DNA of 39,276 nt from Novosphingobium sp. (lineage in GTDB: Bacteria; Pseudomonadota; Alphaproteobacteria; Sphingomonadales; Sphingomonadaceae), in NCBI GenBank assembly GCA_028697875.1, contig JAQVEQ010000001.1, forward strand, positions 1 to 39,276, read 5' to 3'. Each line of letters starts with the position of its first letter. Position 1 is the stretch's first letter. This document shows positions 37,718-39,276 of the stretch, piece by piece. The notes below the pieces were generated by a model, which had not been told where the DNA came from, ran no database searches, and saw only the letters and a list, made by a program, of their open reading frames with translations. A program made the translations under genes and the position numbers.

Positions 37718-37952
37718 CCGGCAGGCGCGGCGGGCTTTGCCGCCTTGATGCGAATCCGGTTTTCCTACTCGCGCGGCATTTGGCATAGGGGGCGGATGCT
37801 GCGTTCCCGTTCCCCTTTCCCGTGCCCGCTCCGGAGCGAGGCCCCGTGCCGGTTTCCGGGACGGCCGGGGGGCGGCGTTTTTTACCCTTTGAACCCTGTC
37901 AACTATGTCAACTTCGCTGTCGCGGCGGCCTGTAACGGGCGGGGTGGCTGAC

Positions 37953-39276
37953 ATGGCGAGGACTCCGGCCGGAACCCCCTCGCACCCCAAAGGGGCGGAG
38001 CGCTTCAACGAGGAACACGCGACCAATACCGTGCGCTCGTCGCAGCCCGACTTGCAGGCAGGGGTAGCGGCGATCCGCGAAACGCTGGCGACGCTGAAGC
38101 CCAAGCCCGGCGTCTATCGCATGTGCGACGCGCGCGGCGACGTGCTCTATGTCGGCACGGCGCGGGCGTTGAAGAACCGGGTGGCGAACTACGTGCAGGT
38201 GGAACGGCTGCCGCTACGGCTCCAGCGCATGGTTGCCCAGACCCGCAGCATGGAAATCGTCACCACCAATTCGGAGGCCGAGGCGCTGCTGCTGGAAGCG
38301 CAGCTCATCAAGCGTTTCCGCCCGCCTTACAATGTCCTGCTGCGCGACGACAAAAGCTTCCCGTTCATCCTGCTGCGCGCGGATCACGACTTCCCGCGCA
38401 TCACGAAGCATCGCGGCGCGCGCAAGGCCAAGGGCAACTATTACGGCCCCTTCGCCAGCGCGGGTTCCGTCAACACCACGATCAACGCGCTGCAGAAACT
38501 GTTCCTGCTGCGGAGTTGCACCGACAGCTTCTTCGCCCGGCGCGACCGGCCCTGCCTGCTCTACCAGATCAAGCGCTGTTCCGCCCCCTGCGTCGGGCGG
38601 ATCGACAAGCAGGGCTATGCCGAGCTGGTGCGGCAGGCGAAGGACTTCCTCGGCGGCAAGTCGAATGCGGTGCAGCAGGAAATCGAACGGCAGATGCAGG
38701 AAGCGGCCGAAGCGCTCGATTTCGAACGCGCCGCCATGCTGCGCGACCGGCTGCGGGCGGCGACGTTCATCCAGGGTAGCCAGGCGATCAATGCGCAAGG
38801 GCTGGGCGATGCCGACATTTTCGCCATGGCGACGAAGGGCGGGCAAGTCGCGATCCAGGCGTTTTTCATCCGCGGCGGGCAGAACTGGGGCCACCGGGCC
38901 TTCTTCCCGACCCATATCGAAGGGGTGGAGGATGCCGCCGTGCTGTCGGGCGTGCTGGCCCAGTTCTACGAGGAAGTGCCGCCGCCGCGCACGGTGCTGG
39001 TCGATCGCGAGCTGCCCGAAGGGGACTTGCTGGCCGAGGCGCTGGGCGAAGCGGCGGGGCACAAGGTCGCGCTTTCCGTGCCTCAGCGCGGCGACCGGCG
39101 GCGGCTGATCGAACAGGCCGTGCGCAATGCGGCCGAAGCGCTCGACCGCAGGCTGGCGGAACGCGGCACGCAGGCGAAGATCCTGCGGGAGCTGTCCGAA
39201 TTCCTCGAACTTCCGGACGTGCCGCAGCGGATCGAGATCTACGACAACAGCCACATCCAGGGGACCAAGGCAGTCG
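37953..39276 (+). CDS. uvrC: Excinuclease ABC subunit C (3' end outside the window)
   Basis: Hand translation from ATG 37953: PGVYRM…LYVGTA..LKNRV GIY-YIG, EALLLEAQLIK, YNVLLRDDKSFP, CLLYQIKRCSAPC, UVR domain (FERAAMLRD), RIEIYDNSH. Confidence 0.96.
   Translation, partial: MARTPAGTPSHPKGAERFNEEHATNTVRSSQPDLQAGVAAIRETLATLKPKPGVYRMCDARGDVLYVGTARALKNRVANYVQVERLPLRLQRMVAQTRSMEIVTTNSEAEALLLEAQLIKRFRPPYNVLLRDDKSFPFILLRADHDFPRITKHRGARKAKGNYYGPFASAGSVNTTINALQKLFLLRSCTDSFFARRDRPCLLYQIKRCSAPCVGRIDKQGYAELVRQAKDFLGGKSNAVQQEIERQMQEAAEALDFERAAMLRDRLRAATFIQGSQAINAQGLGDADIFAMATKGGQVAIQAFFIRGGQNWGHRAFFPTHIEGVEDAAVLSGVLAQFYEEVPPPRTVLVDRELPEGDLLAEALGEAAGHKVALSVPQRGDRRRLIEQAVRNAAEALDRRLAERGTQAKILRELSEFLELPDVPQRIEIYDNSHIQGTKAV

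Noticed and set aside
37803-37820. Possible LexA (SOS) box before uvrC
   Set aside because: The GTTC motifs are 2 nt apart rather than GTTC-N7-GTTC.
35228-38104. 958-aa minus-strand ORF, and similar long ORFs such as 1922-4237, 15067-17538, 24316-26775 and 35125-37788
   Set aside because: Antisense or frame-shifted shadows of well-supported genes. They are Arg/Gly/Ala-rich with no motifs, as expected in high-GC DNA.

Overview
GC-rich alphaproteobacterial chromosome segment. Gene order and repeat family point to Sphingomonadales (Novosphingobium/Erythrobacteraceae-like; inferred). The left part is mostly housekeeping: OprO/P-type phosphate porin, SnoaL-like protein, HAD phosphatase, glmU-glmS, a membrane PAS-GGDEF-EAL protein, purC-purS-purQ, bioF-bioD-bioA, ppk1-ppx with a Pho box, a second SnoaL-like protein and recQ. 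The right part is also core: tRNA-Phe(GAA), yacG, RNase E/G-like, maf, infA, a TonB-dependent-receptor-like protein and a 3'-truncated uvrC. Between recQ and the tRNA-Phe 3' end lies a ~13 kb integrase-free accessory block (about 20.0-32.9 kb). It encodes a YihU/sulfolactaldehyde-reductase-like beta-hydroxyacid dehydrogenase and an aldehyde dehydrogenase on the minus strand. On the plus strand it has a second beta-hydroxyacid dehydrogenase bracketed by two ~128-bp REP-doublet direct repeats, then DUF1185, three mechanistically different 2-hydroxyacid dehydrogenases and a TetR regulator. The block ends in an intact Nocardia/Mycobacterium-type carboxylic acid reductase (A-T-R, 1183 aa) behind a sigma70-like promoter with a perfect palindromic operator. 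This block is the best candidate for an undescribed system. All calls come from reading motifs by eye; no database searches were run.
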